Shown piece after piece: positions 30,201 to 43,624 of a DNA stretch of 64,000 nucleotides; the stretch's first letter is position 1; every line of letters begins with the position of its first letter. A program made the translations under genes and the position numbers. The notes below the pieces were generated by a model, which saw only the letters and a list, made by a program, of their open reading frames with translations, was not told the origin of the DNA and did no database searches. The stretch is from Eledone cirrhosa (Eukaryota): the NCBI GenBank assembly GCA_964016885.1, contig OZ024747.1, forward strand, positions 85,002,001 to 85,066,000, in the 5' to 3' direction.

Positions 30201-31010
30201 TGTGTTGTTAACAACGTTTATTTTACAATAACAATATGACAATGTATCGCTACTTTAATTACTGGCTAGTTACTACGAGCTAGCGTGAATATATGTATCA
30301 ATACGACGTGACAATATCACAGTGAGACGGAAGAATAGAATGAGCGTAGAATGTAAACAATATGAACTTACTATGTGTGTGTGTCTATTCTTAGAATACT
30401 TTATTCGTCTCCAGGAGTGCTACTTCATGTCTGGCTGTCGTCTGTGGCCGATAAGGTGAGAACCAGTAAGGGTCAGGAGAGAGAAGGGGTAAAATGTCTG
30501 CTGGTGCCTACATGATTATCTCTCACTGACTGCTGCTTCGGGTCTGTGTATCTGGCTGTGTCTGTGACCGAGAAGGTGGAAACCAGCGAGGCCAGGAGAG
30601 AGGAAGAGTAAAAGGTCTGCTACATCGTGAACCTTAATACGGACTGCTTGCTTCGGTCTCTCTGGCTGTTAGATTCCTTAACTCCTTGTATTTATAATAG
30701 TGATATAGTTAGAAGGATGTGTATATGATGTTGATTTATGATTTAGCCATGTGGATATCGTCTCCCAGGAAGCTGGGATCACAGGTCAAGTGGAATGTAC
30801 GTTTATCATCGCTGTCTTGACAGGACAATGGTGGGTACTCTCTAATAATGGGTGGTCCCAGAGGCGAGAAACCTGAGATTCGGTTTCGAATCTTCACCGG
30901 TGTAATATAGGAGTAATCCGTTATAGGAGTTTAGCGTCACAAGAGATTATAGGATACATTCTCATATATCCCTAGGTATCTGTCACTTCTCGTCAGATAT
31001 CGGTGTAACA
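30201..31010 (-). mobile_element. Probable solo LTR
   Basis: The minus strand starts TGTTACA and ends ...ACAACACA; TATAAA near 30690-30697; AATAAA at 30217-30222; internal duplication of about 120 bp. No TSD found. Confidence 0.5.
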
Positions 31011-31384
31011 GGTCATTGATAAAAATGGTGTTATATCGGCTTGTAGTTTTTTCCCGCTTTGCAATCATATATGAACATTTATCCTGGCCAAACTCCATTC
31101 CTATATATTTTGAGAACGTTGTAACTAGGTCAAGGTTTTCTTCATCCCATGTTTATGTTCTTGGCATTTGTGGCAATACTGTCGGAGTATTCATCTTAAA
31201 TTTAATGAATAGTCTCCCACGCCAGTATGTGCGACTGGTCGCATTGTATGTATGTATGTGTGTATGTATGTATGTATGTATGTATGTATGTATGTATGTA
31301 TGTATGTATGTATGTATGTATGTATGTATGTATGTATGTATGAATGTATGTATGTATGTGTATGTATGTACTTATGTATGTATG

Positions 31385-31805
31385 TCTGTTGGTGCTACTG
31401 GTAACATGTATTCCAGTACAACCTGTCCCATGGTTGGGTCGTTGGCGACTAAACTGGCAACCCCACCAAGGTTTCTTGGTGAGGAGGGTGACTTTGGACA
31501 TCCTGCAGGACTAAAAACAAAACCTGTCAAAGGGCAAAGGAGCTCTTAAGAGTCAATGACCATCCAAAATCACCGGGAGAGATGACCCCTTAGCCTTTGT
31601 CAAGGCAGATTTCTAGGAGAAGGAAAACTCTGATATAACACCTGCAACCTTGATGGTATCCAATGATGTTGACTTGTTCTTCTTTTTGGTAAATATCATC
31701 TTGGTTAAGAGAGTGGGACTGGCTTTGTGCCGTGCCTTTGCTCACTATAAAAGCTTCACGGCACAGGCATTGCTTTATATCTGGAGATCTCTCTGCACTT
31801 GTCGT
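31385..31805 (+). mobile_element. Copy of the 10355-10785 repeat
   Basis: Near-identical sequence; follows (TATG)n. Confidence 0.7.
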
Positions 31806-32435
31806 CACATGGTACCATGGGCCCAGCACTATGTGTCAATAATTGTCACAAGTGTAGTGTTTATACCAGAGTTTTCAAGTTGCTGGCTGAACTAAAAAGT
31901 CACACTCGTTCAGCGCATCGGTAGGGGTTCTCCTACAAGGATATAAAGTAGTGGCCGTACTCGAAAACGAATTGGCAGCCACCTTGTTTGTATGTATGTA
32001 TGATATTGAAGGTCACCACAAATACTTCACTACCCACTCAGGCCAACTTTGCTTTCATCCATTAGAAGTCGATAAAAAAAATAGCTCTCTCCCTCTCTCT
32101 CTCTCCCTCCCCCTTTCTCCCCTCCCTCTCCTCCTCTCCCCTCTCTCTCTTCCCCCTCTCGCCCTCGCCCTCGCTCTCGCCCTCTCCCCCTCTCCCCGCT
32201 CCCTCCCTCCCTCTCTCTCTCGGCTGAGGTACGGGTTCATGTATGCATTCCTTCATTTAATTGTTTCTACTTTTGGCACAAGGCCAGCAATTATCCCAGT
32301 GTATTACTGGTACTTTATTTTATCGACCCCGTAAGGATGAAAGTTAACCTCGGCGAGATTTGAACTCAAACTATATAATGTGGGAATGTCTGTATAGTGT
32401 TTTACAGATTACATCATGTCTCACATGCAAATACT

Positions 32436-32720
32436 AGGACAGTCATTTATGATGTGGCTCACGATTTAGAACAGCCATTTATGATGTAGCTCACAATTTA
32501 GGACAGTCATTTATGATGTGGCTCATAATTTAGGACAGCCATTTATGATGTAGCTCACAAATTTAGGACAGCCATTTATGATGTAGCTCACAAATTTAGG
32601 ACAGTCATTTATGATGTGGCTCACATTTTTGGACAGTGAATTATGATGTAGCTCAAGGACAGTCATTTATGATGTGTCTTACATTTGTGGACGCCATTTA
32701 TGATGTAGCTCACATTTTTG
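32436..32720. repeat. 30-31-bp minisatellite (TTAGGACAG(C/T)CATTTATGATGT(A/G)GCTCACAAT), about 9 copies
   Basis: Direct tandem repeats. Confidence 0.9.
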
Positions 32721-33281
32721 GTGTTAATTCTACGTTATTTTCTTAACATAAGCACTATCTCGTCAGCTGTTTCATATAACAAGAGAATTGTTTTGTATTA
32801 TTTTAGAGAACTTTCTTTGATGTCGATTGATGGGTTTCAAGCGGTGAACTCCAGAGATCACACATTTCAGCTAGCTTCCTGATTGTTATTTATATCCCTA
32901 AGAAGGGATATAAACATCATTGAGTCAAGAGAGGGGTTTATTCCGAAATGCAGGTCTTTCCCAGAGACGAGGTTTTGACGCTTGCTTTCTTGCAGGTAGG
33001 CGATTTACAACATATGAAGTGGACTGAACAAGATCTTCCCAGTACACTGTGCCGTTCATTACTCTAGTAAGAAAGACATCACGAACATTACGGAACTGGA
33101 CAATGATATAATCCAAGAAATGGTCGCAAGTGCTTCCAGGTGGATTCCTGTTTTGGTTTGGAGTTCAAACATCGTTTTAGTAATAAAGAGTTAGTGTTTT
33201 GCACAAAAGGAGAAAAAGTTTAGACATGTATAGACACTATGAAACGATTTGAGAGGAATTTGACAGTTATTTCTAGCATGT

Positions 33282-33353
33282 TCCTCGGTAGTATAGTGGT
33301 AAGTATCCCCGCCTGTCACGCGGGAGACCGGGGTTCGATTCCCCGTCGGGGAG
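33282..33353 (+). tRNA. tRNA-Asp (anticodon GTC)
   Basis: TCCTCGGTAGTATAGTGGTAAGTATCCCCGCCTGTCACGCGGGAGACCGGGGTTCGATTCCCCGTCGGGGAG; complete cloverleaf; anticodon at 33315-33317; T6 Pol III terminator at 33362-33367. Confidence 0.95.
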
Positions 33354-33370
33354 GCTCATTATTTTTTGTG

Positions 33371-33571
33371 AAGGCGTGTGGCTGTTTGGTTAGAGAACTG
33401 GATTCGCAATCGTGAGGTTGTGAGTTCGATTCCTGGACCGGGCGATGCGTTATATCCTTGAGCAAGACACTTTATTTCATGTTGCTCCTTCTACCTGGAG
33501 TTGCGATCGATAGATATTATTACAAATTGGAAAGACCAACGGAAACATTGTTTCCTCGGTCCGATTTGACG
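33371..33571 (+). mobile_element. SINE family B copy
   Basis: tRNA-like head plus CCTTGAGCAAGACACTTTATTTC core. Confidence 0.75.
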
Positions 33572-34515
33572 AAAGTCGATCGACAATTTTTGTTGTTGTT
33601 ATTTCTAGCACGTAGAAGGTGAAACATTTAGACATGTATAGACACGGAGTTGACGGAGGGTTAAAACTAAATATTTAGCTTTTTGAGGGAATCCAACAAA
33701 CTATCTAAATGTCTAAAAACATCTGACTGATAAAATGACAAGTCAGTCAATCAAATTGGTGGCCTCCCCACAGCCGCGGCGGACAGAATGGAGGATGGCA
33801 AGGGAGACACGTATGGAACAATTTGAGACGAATTTGACAGCTATTTCTAGCACGTAGAAGCTCTCTCGTGTCTCCTGTTGTTTTATGTATTTGTGTCTGT
33901 TTTATTTATCCCCCCCCCCCCTCAAATGCTTTCTGAGTAATATCAAAGGGTCTTAATTATCGTCGACTCGTGTCTTTTCTTCTATTGATATTACAATTTC
34001 TATGGAAGCTTCCATTTGATGCCCGGATATTGTGGCTTTTAATATCTATGAAACGAATTTCCTTTATAAACTAGACAATTACTCTGAATGTTTTTGATAC
34101 CAGAACTGGTACAACAAATTCTGTGTAGAATATTGTCTTGTTGCAAGAAGAAAGCACCAACGTTTGAATCTATTTGTTAAGTTTGTTGTAATTCTTCTTG
34201 GTCACTCAATCTTTGTTGAAAGCAGCTTTATATCATACCTGAAACACTTCCATCAATACTTGGGTATTTGTTTGTGAATTTGTAACACTAAATGAGATAC
34301 AGAGGCCATTGATATTAATGTTTTTAGTCTGAAAAGCAGTTTTATATGTATGTAATGTATATATATACGTATTTATGTAATGTATGTATGTATGTATATA
34401 TGTATATCTGTCAGTCTGTTTGTCTGTATGTATGATTATATGTACGTATATATGTCCGTCTGTCTGTCTATCTGTATGTATGTTTAATTATATGTATGTA
34501 TGGATTATATGTAAT

Positions 34516-34547
<32 letters not shown>

Positions 34548-34960
34548 TGTATGTATGTATGTATGTATGTATGTATGTATGTATGTATGTATATATGTAC
34601 GTATGTATGTTATGTATGTATATACATATGTATGTATATATGTACGTATGTATGTATGTTATGTATATCTATGTATGTATGCTATGTGTGTGTGTACATA
34701 TGTATGTATATATGTACGTATGTATGTATGTTATGTATGTCTATGTAAGTATGGCCAGGTTTTTTAATAATTTCCTATCAATAGAGTGAGACACGGTTTC
34801 TAACATAGACACAAGACTCTTTCGTTGGAAGTTAGACATCAGCTAGGTAATTACGTGTCTGTATGTGTTTGTGTGCAGGTATTCATTTTATTGCATGTGT
34901 GTATCTGTATGTTTTGAGTTATATGTGCACATATACATATTTTTCTATATCTATATAGTT

Positions 34961-35048
<88 letters not shown>

Positions 35049-35429
35049 TTATATATATATATAAATATATATTATTTGGATCTTAAAGTTTAAACTTATC
35101 TACGGAACAGGTTTGATTTTGAAATTTAAATGTGTCTAAACATCACGGCCTCTTGGCAATACAGTTCGTCTTCGTTGATTTATTATTTTAAATCGATATG
35201 GACAAACTGTAGTATAATAATTAGTATACTTCAATCTGGCTAAATTTTCCTTTGCAATATATATAAAGATGTGTTGGTATCTGTGTTTCATCACATACAT
35301 ATTAATTTATACACTGCTCAGAGGGTATTTTCCTCCTTCGAGCTGATTCCATTGTAAAAGAATTCATTACCTTATATAAATATATATATATAAATAAATA
35401 TATATATAAATAAATATATATATAAATAA

Positions 35430-35580
<151 letters not shown>

Positions 35581-35999
35581 TAATAATAATATGTACTCTA
35601 TATGCTTGTATGTAGGTACGTAATTATAGGTGTATGTATATGTCTGTATATATGTATGTATACATGTATACATATATGTATATATATATATGTATATGTA
35701 AAATTAATATATGTATATATTACATGCTAAATTTCTGGAAGATCTATATACAATTCCGTTAATGGACTGTACTTGCAATTTTCTAAACGTTTGTCTATAT
35801 GTAATCATATATGTATATATGCATATGTATGTAAATATGCATGTATGTATGTACATACATATGAACGTACGAATGTTTATATGCATGTTCGTACTATATA
35901 TGAATACAAGCATATAGAGTACATACATATGTACTCTATATGCTTGTATGTAGGTACGTAATTATAGCTGTATGTATATGTCTGTATATATAAGTATGT

Positions 36000-36120
<121 letters not shown>

Positions 36121-36227
36121 AATATATATATGTGTGTGTGTGTACGTACTTAAATATGTATTCATGTATGTATATGTATGCAGGTACGTAATTATAGGCG
36201 TATGTATATATGTATATATGTATGTAT

Positions 36228-36512
36228 GGTGGAGGCACGTGGCCTAGTGGTAAGGGTGTTGGACTTCCGTTCGTAATGTCGTGGGTTCGATTCCTGGATT
36301 GCGTGTTGTATTCTTGAGCAAAACACTTCATTTCACGTTGCTCCAGTATATTGAGCTGGAAATGAGTACCGCAATAGCTGGAGGTTTAACCCTGCGATGG
36401 ACTGGCGTCCTGTCCAGGGCGGAGTCTTGTACTCTCAGTCGCTTCACGCCATGAAACCGGAATAAGCACCGGCCAGATGAGCCTCTTGCCTTAAGACAGA
36501 CTTTAGACTTTT
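36228..36512 (+). mobile_element. tRNA-derived SINE with a CORE-like and a V-domain-like segment
   Basis: A box TGGCCTAGTGG; B box GGTTCGATTCC; TTGAGCAAAACACTT; CCCTGCGATGGACTGGCGTCCTGTCCAGGG; AGACTTT tail. Confidence 0.75.
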
Positions 36513-36514
36513 AG

Positions 36515-36550
<36 letters not shown>

Positions 36551-36578
36551 TATATATATATATATATGTACATTTATA

Positions 36579-36630
<52 letters not shown>

Positions 36631-36631
36631 T

Positions 36632-36760
36632 ACGTTATTCCGGGTTGAATATAGATGAGATTCTACTGGACTAGAACTGTTTCATTCTTTAGAAATCATC
36701 AATGATTTCTAAAGAATGAAACAGTTCTAGTCCTGTAGAATCTCATCTATATTAAAACTA
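36632..36760. mobile_element. Short fold-back cassette in (TA)n carrying an HHR 3' part (arms 36648-36699 / 36702-36753)
   Basis: The palindrome is centred in the HHR core (AAATCAT-CA-ATGATTT); same family as 38860-39037. Confidence 0.75.
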
Positions 36761-38106
36761 TATACATATATATATATATAATATATATATAATTGTATGT
36801 GCAAATAAGTATATATTAATGTTTGTACAAAGGGTGCTAGAGAGTCTATACTGTTATTGTAATATTTTGGAAGCCGGTTTCCTATATATGTGAATATGTA
36901 TGTATGTACGTATGTATGTACGTATGTATGTACGTACGTATGTACGTACGTAAGTACGTATGTACGTATGTATGTATTACGTATGTATGTATGCATGTAT
37001 GTATGTATACGTGTGTATTTGTCTGTGTGCAGCACATTTATATATAAAATTATATTGACAAGTAGCAGCTGATTAAAAAAAAGGTCAATGTTCTTACGCC
37101 CACCGCATTTGTTTTTTCTTATTTGCTTTTCGGTTCTTGCAATATATATATACACTTCTGTACGCATGCCAACATAAGAGCAAGAATAAAGGGTTCATTC
37201 TACAGACATGGCTATAAAATTGAGGCTTGTTTGCATAATTGGAAACGAATCGAATGTTATTATTAATATTCCCGCCGAGGTTAACTTTGCCTTTCATCCT
37301 TACGGTGTCGATAAAATAAAGTACCAGTAATGTACTGGGTATTTGCTGGCCTTGTGCCAAAAGTAGAAACAATTATTAATATTCGAAAAACTCAGATTAC
37401 ATTTATTGTATTCAACCATGTAGAGCGAAATTTTCTTTTTTATTTGAATTTGGCAAAGCCGGCCATTTATCGCTCGTATACAGGAAACTGACTGGCCAGT
37501 CTGCTGATATGCAAATCTGGCTGATCAGTAGATCTGCTAATATGCAGATATGACTGATCAGCCAGTCTGCTAATATGTAAATCAGGCCGATCAATCACTG
37601 TGTATTTTTGAAAATAGCATACATTTTCACTAGCTCTGACAGTTTGGCAGATGAACAGTGAGCTGTACTGTTGAAGGGTGATACCCACAAACATTAGTGT
37701 CTGCAGTTCTGTTCGCATGCCAACATAAGAGCAAGAATGAAGGGTTCATTCTACTGACATGGCTATAAAATTGAGGCTTGTTTGCATAATTGCAAACGAA
37801 TCGAATGTTATTATTAATATTCCAAAAACTCAGATTACACACACACACAAACACACACACACACACATATATATATATAACCAAATGTTAAACAAGGCTC
37901 ATTGATTATTAAATGAATATAGTTTTACAATAGGTTAAAAGCACTCAACAAAGAAGTTATCTGGAGTTATTAATATTATTCAAAATATTAATAAATGGAG
38001 ACATTCACGTAATCAAAATATATGTTTTATTATATATATTTCGGAGGTACTGTGCTGTTTTTTCAGTACGTCCTCAAAGTTGAGGTATGTCATACTTCAA
38101 TTTATG

Positions 38107-38167
38107 TATTTTATCTGATGAGGACGTACTGAAAAAAACAGCACAGTACCTCCGAAATATATATAAT

Positions 38168-38173
<6 letters not shown>
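38107..38173 (+). ncRNA. Type I hammerhead ribozyme, with an inverted partial copy at about 38024-38076
   Basis: TATTTTAT-CTGATGA-GGACGTACTG...CAGTACCTCC-GAAA-TATATA-TA-ATAAAATA. Confidence 0.85.
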
Positions 38174-38221
<48 letters not shown>

Positions 38222-38977
38222 ACAAAATAAGATGCTGAGGTTACATAAATCGTTTAATCATTATAATTATTTCCACGGTTCTCCATGCAATCGAGATGTC
38301 CTTCATGTATTTGTTGTTGTTATGAGAACGGTATCCTCAGATGAAAATCGATTTATTGGTATCCCGCCGGCAGGAAAACACACGTCCTTTTGCTCGTGTG
38401 CCCAGCAGACATATTATCAAAGGAGTAACCCCTATAATGGGTTTTTAAACCCGAAAATATTAGGGATCGTTAAATTTGCTAAGGTAAGATTATTTTGTTA
38501 TCTTGGCAATTTAACATTCTCCATACGCATTGTGTTGGTCTTCAAAATTTAAATTTGTGTTTCATATATATATGATGGCTGCCCCCTCGATATCGAGTGT
38601 GGCTATTGCACAATATAACATTATTAATAATTAATTAATGTTATCGTGCAATACGGTCGCGTGAAGATTTTTTTTAAGTGAGGAAAGACTGTGCACTGAG
38701 CCAATCCCACTCTCTGAGCGACAGTAGTTATAACCCGAAGAGAAGAAAAGATCAACATCGCCGGTAACTACTGAGCCGCAGGTTTTATATCGGAGTTACC
38801 TCAGAGTTATCCCGGAGTTATCATATATATATATATATCTATCTATATATATATATATATACGTTATTCCGGGTTGAATCGGAGGTAACCACAGTAAGTA
38901 AGGTACTCAATACATAGCAGAGTATAAAAGTTTTAATATAGATGAGATTCTACAGGACTAGAACTGTTTCATTCATT

Positions 38978-39028
38978 AGATTCCTGATGATTTCTAATGA
39001 ATGAAACAGTTCTAGTCCTGTAGAATCT
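38978..39028 (+). ncRNA. Type I hammerhead ribozyme with a conventional 4-bp stem III, inside fold-back cassette 38860-39037
   Basis: AGATTC-CTGATGA-TTTCTAATGAAT-GAA-ACAG-TTCTAGTC-CTGT-A-GAATCT. Confidence 0.8.
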
Positions 39029-39030
39029 CA

Positions 39031-39061
<31 letters not shown>

Positions 39062-39067
<6 letters not shown>

Positions 39068-39500
39068 TTGGACAGAAAGTTTTCATCGCCTTTGAAATGT
39101 TTATTGGCTTTGGCTCTTTTAACGTTAGGAAAATTTTGCAAGTTAAAATTATCGCCATCACTTGCATCTTTTAGGAACATGATTCCATCTCTGTAGAATT
39201 ATTCTGGTTTCAATGGAAGGAATTCCATCAGCCACTGATTTAACTGGCCTTCGTTGGTGAAGGACTTTGACTCCATTGCATTGGTCACCAACAGTCTGTC
39301 GGTGCAAGGTCGGGCGCATACGGCGAGTGGCGTGGAACCTCCCAACCTAATTATAGCAGCTTCTCATGGATCAATCTTGATGTATGCAGCCGAACGTTAT
39401 CATGAAGGAATCCAACAGGACAATCATGTGGGCGCAGGTGTGCGTTTTTCGCCACGAATCAGTCAAGTTGTTGGTAATAGACCTCATTGTAAAGTTGATT
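39062..39500 (-). mobile_element. Degenerate mariner transposase 3' fragment with one TIR
   Basis: Minus strand reads LHDNVRLHTS...LGWEVPRHSPYAPDLAPTD; terminus TA-TTAGATTGGACAGAAAGT. Confidence 0.8.
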
Positions 39501-39942
39501 TAGGTGGTTCTTTTTTTTTGGGGGGGGGGGGCTGCTATTTCTAGTATCATTATAAGCCTGATGCATTGTCCCAATATATATAAAGAGATTTGTTCATTTA
39601 GTAGTCTAACAAAGCAACGTGTTGGATACCATGTGGTTTCGGCAACGAAATGGTATCTATACTTTATGATCAATATCTCTTGTTCCAAAGAATGCTGTCC
39701 TGATGAAAAAAAAATAGTTCTTCCAATACTGGTTGTGCCAATGATTTGAAATGGTTGGTATTGTTTCTTTTGTTTATGAAACCATGGTAGGGAGACGTTT
39801 ATATAAATGAGACTAACTTATTTTAGTCTGTCTGACTTAAACTCCTCTAAATAGAGTTTAATGTGTTAAATTACTTCTCTAAGTGATATCTTATCTCTAT
39901 ATTTTATCCATTCATTGAGATGTTTAAGTATTAGAGATAAGC

Positions 39943-40001
<59 letters not shown>

Positions 40002-40003
<2 letters not shown>

Positions 40004-40169
40004 TAGCTGAGGTACCCAGCTTCGCCAAGGTTAACAAATGATAAGCGAAGACCGGCAGAAGAGAAAACGTCTGTATTGAATGCATTGTCTTGTTTACAGT
40101 GTGCGCGTGTGTGTGATTGTGTATATATATATGTGTGTGAGTGTTCCTGTGTGTGTGTATATATATATA

Positions 40170-40259
<90 letters not shown>

Positions 40260-41555
40260 CCTATGTGAGTGTTCGTGTGTGTGTGTGTAAACCACCGTTG
40301 GAATCGGAGACATAGGCCGCGAAACACTATCATTACTGACAACAAACTCGCAGAGAGAATCCCTTATGGTTGATTCCCAACCTGCTACAAATAGCAGTCA
40401 GGTTGGTTAGCATACGTGGTATGTCTTTCTTCTTTGGTGTTATAAAATTAGTACTAATAAACTTTCCTGGATATACTCTTTCAGCTAATTCTGTCGTACA
40501 ATATACACCAGCAATCGTTATCTAATGTTTAAAACATGAATAGCTGTGATATATGCACCATATCAACCAAAAACGATATGAGAATTGAATACCATACTAA
40601 AGCGCGAGTAAGCTTGCTAAGAACCTGCAGATAGAAATGTTAATAAATAAATTTGGCTTGGGTAAACTTTAAGATGCTCTTTCATTGTAGGTTTCTTTTC
40701 TCAGCCAGTACGTTAAAGAAAATTGATAGCTACAACAATAAAGGTTGAACAGAGAACAAATTTTTTAACAAACTTTACAATAATTTGTACAACCATAATG
40801 GAAATTCCAAGTAACAGAAAAGACATAAATTACATTGCTAGAGCCTCAGAGTATACAATATTTTTTGATCGGCCCTCGGGAGCAAAGATGAAGAGATTGT
40901 TTGGCGAGCTCAGCCTAGAGCATCCTACATACAATTGACCATGGTTTTCCCAGATGAAGGCCAGCCACTTTTAGGGTTTGACCCTGAGCTTTGTTGATGG
41001 TAATCGCGAAGCTTAGTCTCTCTGTTGCTCTAGTAACATTTTTTCTTCTGGAAAATCTGATCTTGCGGCCAGGCTAGGACTTTTTGGGTGGCATATCGGC
41101 AGTAACAATGACGATAAGCCGTCTGTGCTTTCGTGAAATAAATACGTTTGTTTATATTTTGTTTTTGTGTATGCAAAAATATCTGTACACAAATATATAA
41201 TTATATATATATATATTAAAATAACAGATTAAAGTTTAAGCAAAGAGTCGCTGCTTTCACCCTTAACGGGATCTTCTGAAACTAAAAAAAATCAATCTGT
41301 GAACGCAGAAGTAAATATTTCGAAAAACGTTGCAACCGAAAGAAAACAGGAAGATGATACTTTGGTTCGTGAAAATTTTAAAGAAGTGAATATTTAAATA
41401 ATGTCTTTAATCTTTTAACAAAATTCAGTCGACGAAAATACCCTCACTTTTTTACTTGGAAAAAGTTACAGCTATGGTGCAAATTTGGTGCTGTTTGGTC
41501 CAGCCGTTTGCGGAAAGTTTGTTACCTACATACGGCCGTCAGCTTTATAGTATAG

Positions 41556-41557
<2 letters not shown>
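40002..41557 (+). mobile_element. Non-autonomous Helitron/Helentron-like element
   Basis: 5' ACTAGCTGAGGTACCCAGCTTCGCCAAGG and 3' CTTTATAGTATAGAT, the same terminal architecture as 5978-6894. Confidence 0.65.
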
Positions 41558-41630
<73 letters not shown>

Positions 41631-41914
41631 GACGTGTATGTTTTACGTTATATATATATATTATATGATGCTTCATTCTTTTTATGGACTGAGTTCAAAT
41701 CCTGCCGAGTTTAACTATGCTTTTCATCATTCTAAGGTCAATGAAATAAAGTATCAGTCGATATAATTGGCTTTCCCAATCCCTTCCAATTTCTGCCATT
41801 TTGTCTACATTAGAAAACAATATAATTAACGATATAATTATGCTAAATTATGATAAATATTGCAAAGGTAATTCTGTACAAGGCAAATTTTATTTCGGAG
41901 TCTATATTTCCCTG

Positions 41915-42320
41915 GTACTTACTTCAAGTAGTCCCCTCCTACAACCAACCATCATAATATAAATAAGGTAATAATATAGTCTGAACTAATATACTCCTAG
42001 ATAGGGTTAGGGTTAAGGTTTAGGACTGATGGTTTAGGATTAGGGTTTAGGATTAGGGTTTAGGATTAGGGTTTAGAGTTAGGGTTAGGGTTAAGGTTAG
42101 GGTTAGGGTTAGGGTTTAGGGTTTAGGTTAATTCAATCAATTTTCTCTAATTAATTAACTCCAGAATACAGAAATGTTTAGTTTATATTTTTTCTACATA
42201 AGATTTCTTAAATCTCCTGTCGTAGAAATTCAAATTGGTTCCCAGTAAACGTTATTTTAATCAAGGTTCAACAATAAGTAATTATGATGGTGGAGGAGGA
42301 GCTATTCTGGAGAAACACCT
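41915..42320. mobile_element. MITE-like element with imperfect inverted ends and internal telomere-like (TTAGGG/TTTAGGG)n at 42002-42130
   Basis: TAGTCCCCTCCT...ACCATCATAAT versus ATTATGATGGTGGAGGAGGAGCTA; about 19 TTAGGG-like units. Confidence 0.55.
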
Positions 42321-42809
42321 AATGATAGGGTTAAGACGATGCCATCCCCACCAACATGGCTGCTATCTAATGTTTGAATCCAGAATATAAAACCCTAATG
42401 AAGTAACCACCGTATTTCCCGGCACTGAAGACGCTTTGTCCTCGAAGACGAACCCTAATTTTGACAACAAAAAATTTGAAAAAAAAATAATAAACAACCT
42501 TCGGTCTCCAGGACGCATGGTAGATTTTTGAGACTTATTTAGGGCAAAAGTAGCGTCTTCGATGCCGGGAAATACGGTAACATTTATTCCAGTCGTGTCA
42601 TATCTCTCCACACCCTGTACGGTCACATATTATGATTTCTAATTTAGGCACAATGCCAGCAATTTAAGGTTGTTTAAATCGACTCCAGTGTATGTGTGTG
42701 ACAGGTCTCACCCATGCAGGTTTAGCTGGCCTCCTCTAAGGTATATCTCGTTGGATGTGTCTTGGGTGATTTAATGATAGGGACCCCAGTCTTATCATCT
42801 CATTTCTAC

Positions 42810-42930
42810 AGTTGAGTAAACTGGAGCAACGTGAAATAAAGTGTCTTGCTCAAGGAAACAACACATCACCCGGTCGGAGAATTGAACTCACAACCTTTCG
42901 ATTGCAAGCCCAATGCTCTAACCACAATCA
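42810..42930 (-). mobile_element. SINE family B copy
   Basis: CTGGAGCAACGTGAAATAAAGTGTCTTGCTCAAGG is the reverse complement of the core. Confidence 0.7.
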
Positions 42931-43547
42931 ACTCCAATACTTTATTGATACTGTATTTTATTTATTCTGGAAGTTGACCTCGACAGGATTTGAAACCAGA
43001 ATATACAGTAGATAGAAATAACGAAATACTGTAATACATTCCATCCGAGGCATTAACGATTCTACCTTTCCACCACCTCTGTAGGGTCAAATCCTACAGG
43101 GGTGGGGGACCTATAATTTAGGCACAAGACTTGACTGCTACTTATTTTATCGACCTCGGAAGGATGCATGGCAAAGCTGACCTCGGTGGGATTTGAACTC
43201 AGAACGTGACTCCCTAACGACTCTGCCAATCCACCGCCCACATACTATCACACATCAGAATTAATGTACTGCATATAAGACTACACACCCTTTTAGTTTA
43301 CATTCCATCTGAATGGCTTGTCTAATTGTTCAAATAATCCACAATTGCAACAATAATGGTGGGAGGGTAATCGACCACTTTAGTCCATATATGGCAATCC
43401 CTGTTAAATCAACACTATCACCCTCTCTTTATTTTTTCTCTTGCTTTGTTTGTTTATGTATGTATGTATGTATGTATGTATGTGCGTGTGTGTGTGTGTG
43501 GGGGGGTGGCGTATACGGATATATATATACATACATATATATATACC

Positions 43548-43624
<77 letters not shown>

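Noticed and set aside
31390-31470. Possible HDV-like ribozyme at the head of the RTE-related repeat (also 21115-21180)
   Set aside because: I could not assign P1/P3/L3 with the required spacing by eye; it needs a descriptor search.
38327-38471. CAGATGA...GAAA-ATAT-TA-GGGATCGTT HHR-like string
   Set aside because: Core mutated and stem II unpaired; possibly a fossil but not supportable.
42002-42130. True telomere or chromosome fusion site
   Set aside because: The array is short, degenerate, in one orientation and embedded in an inverted-repeat element.
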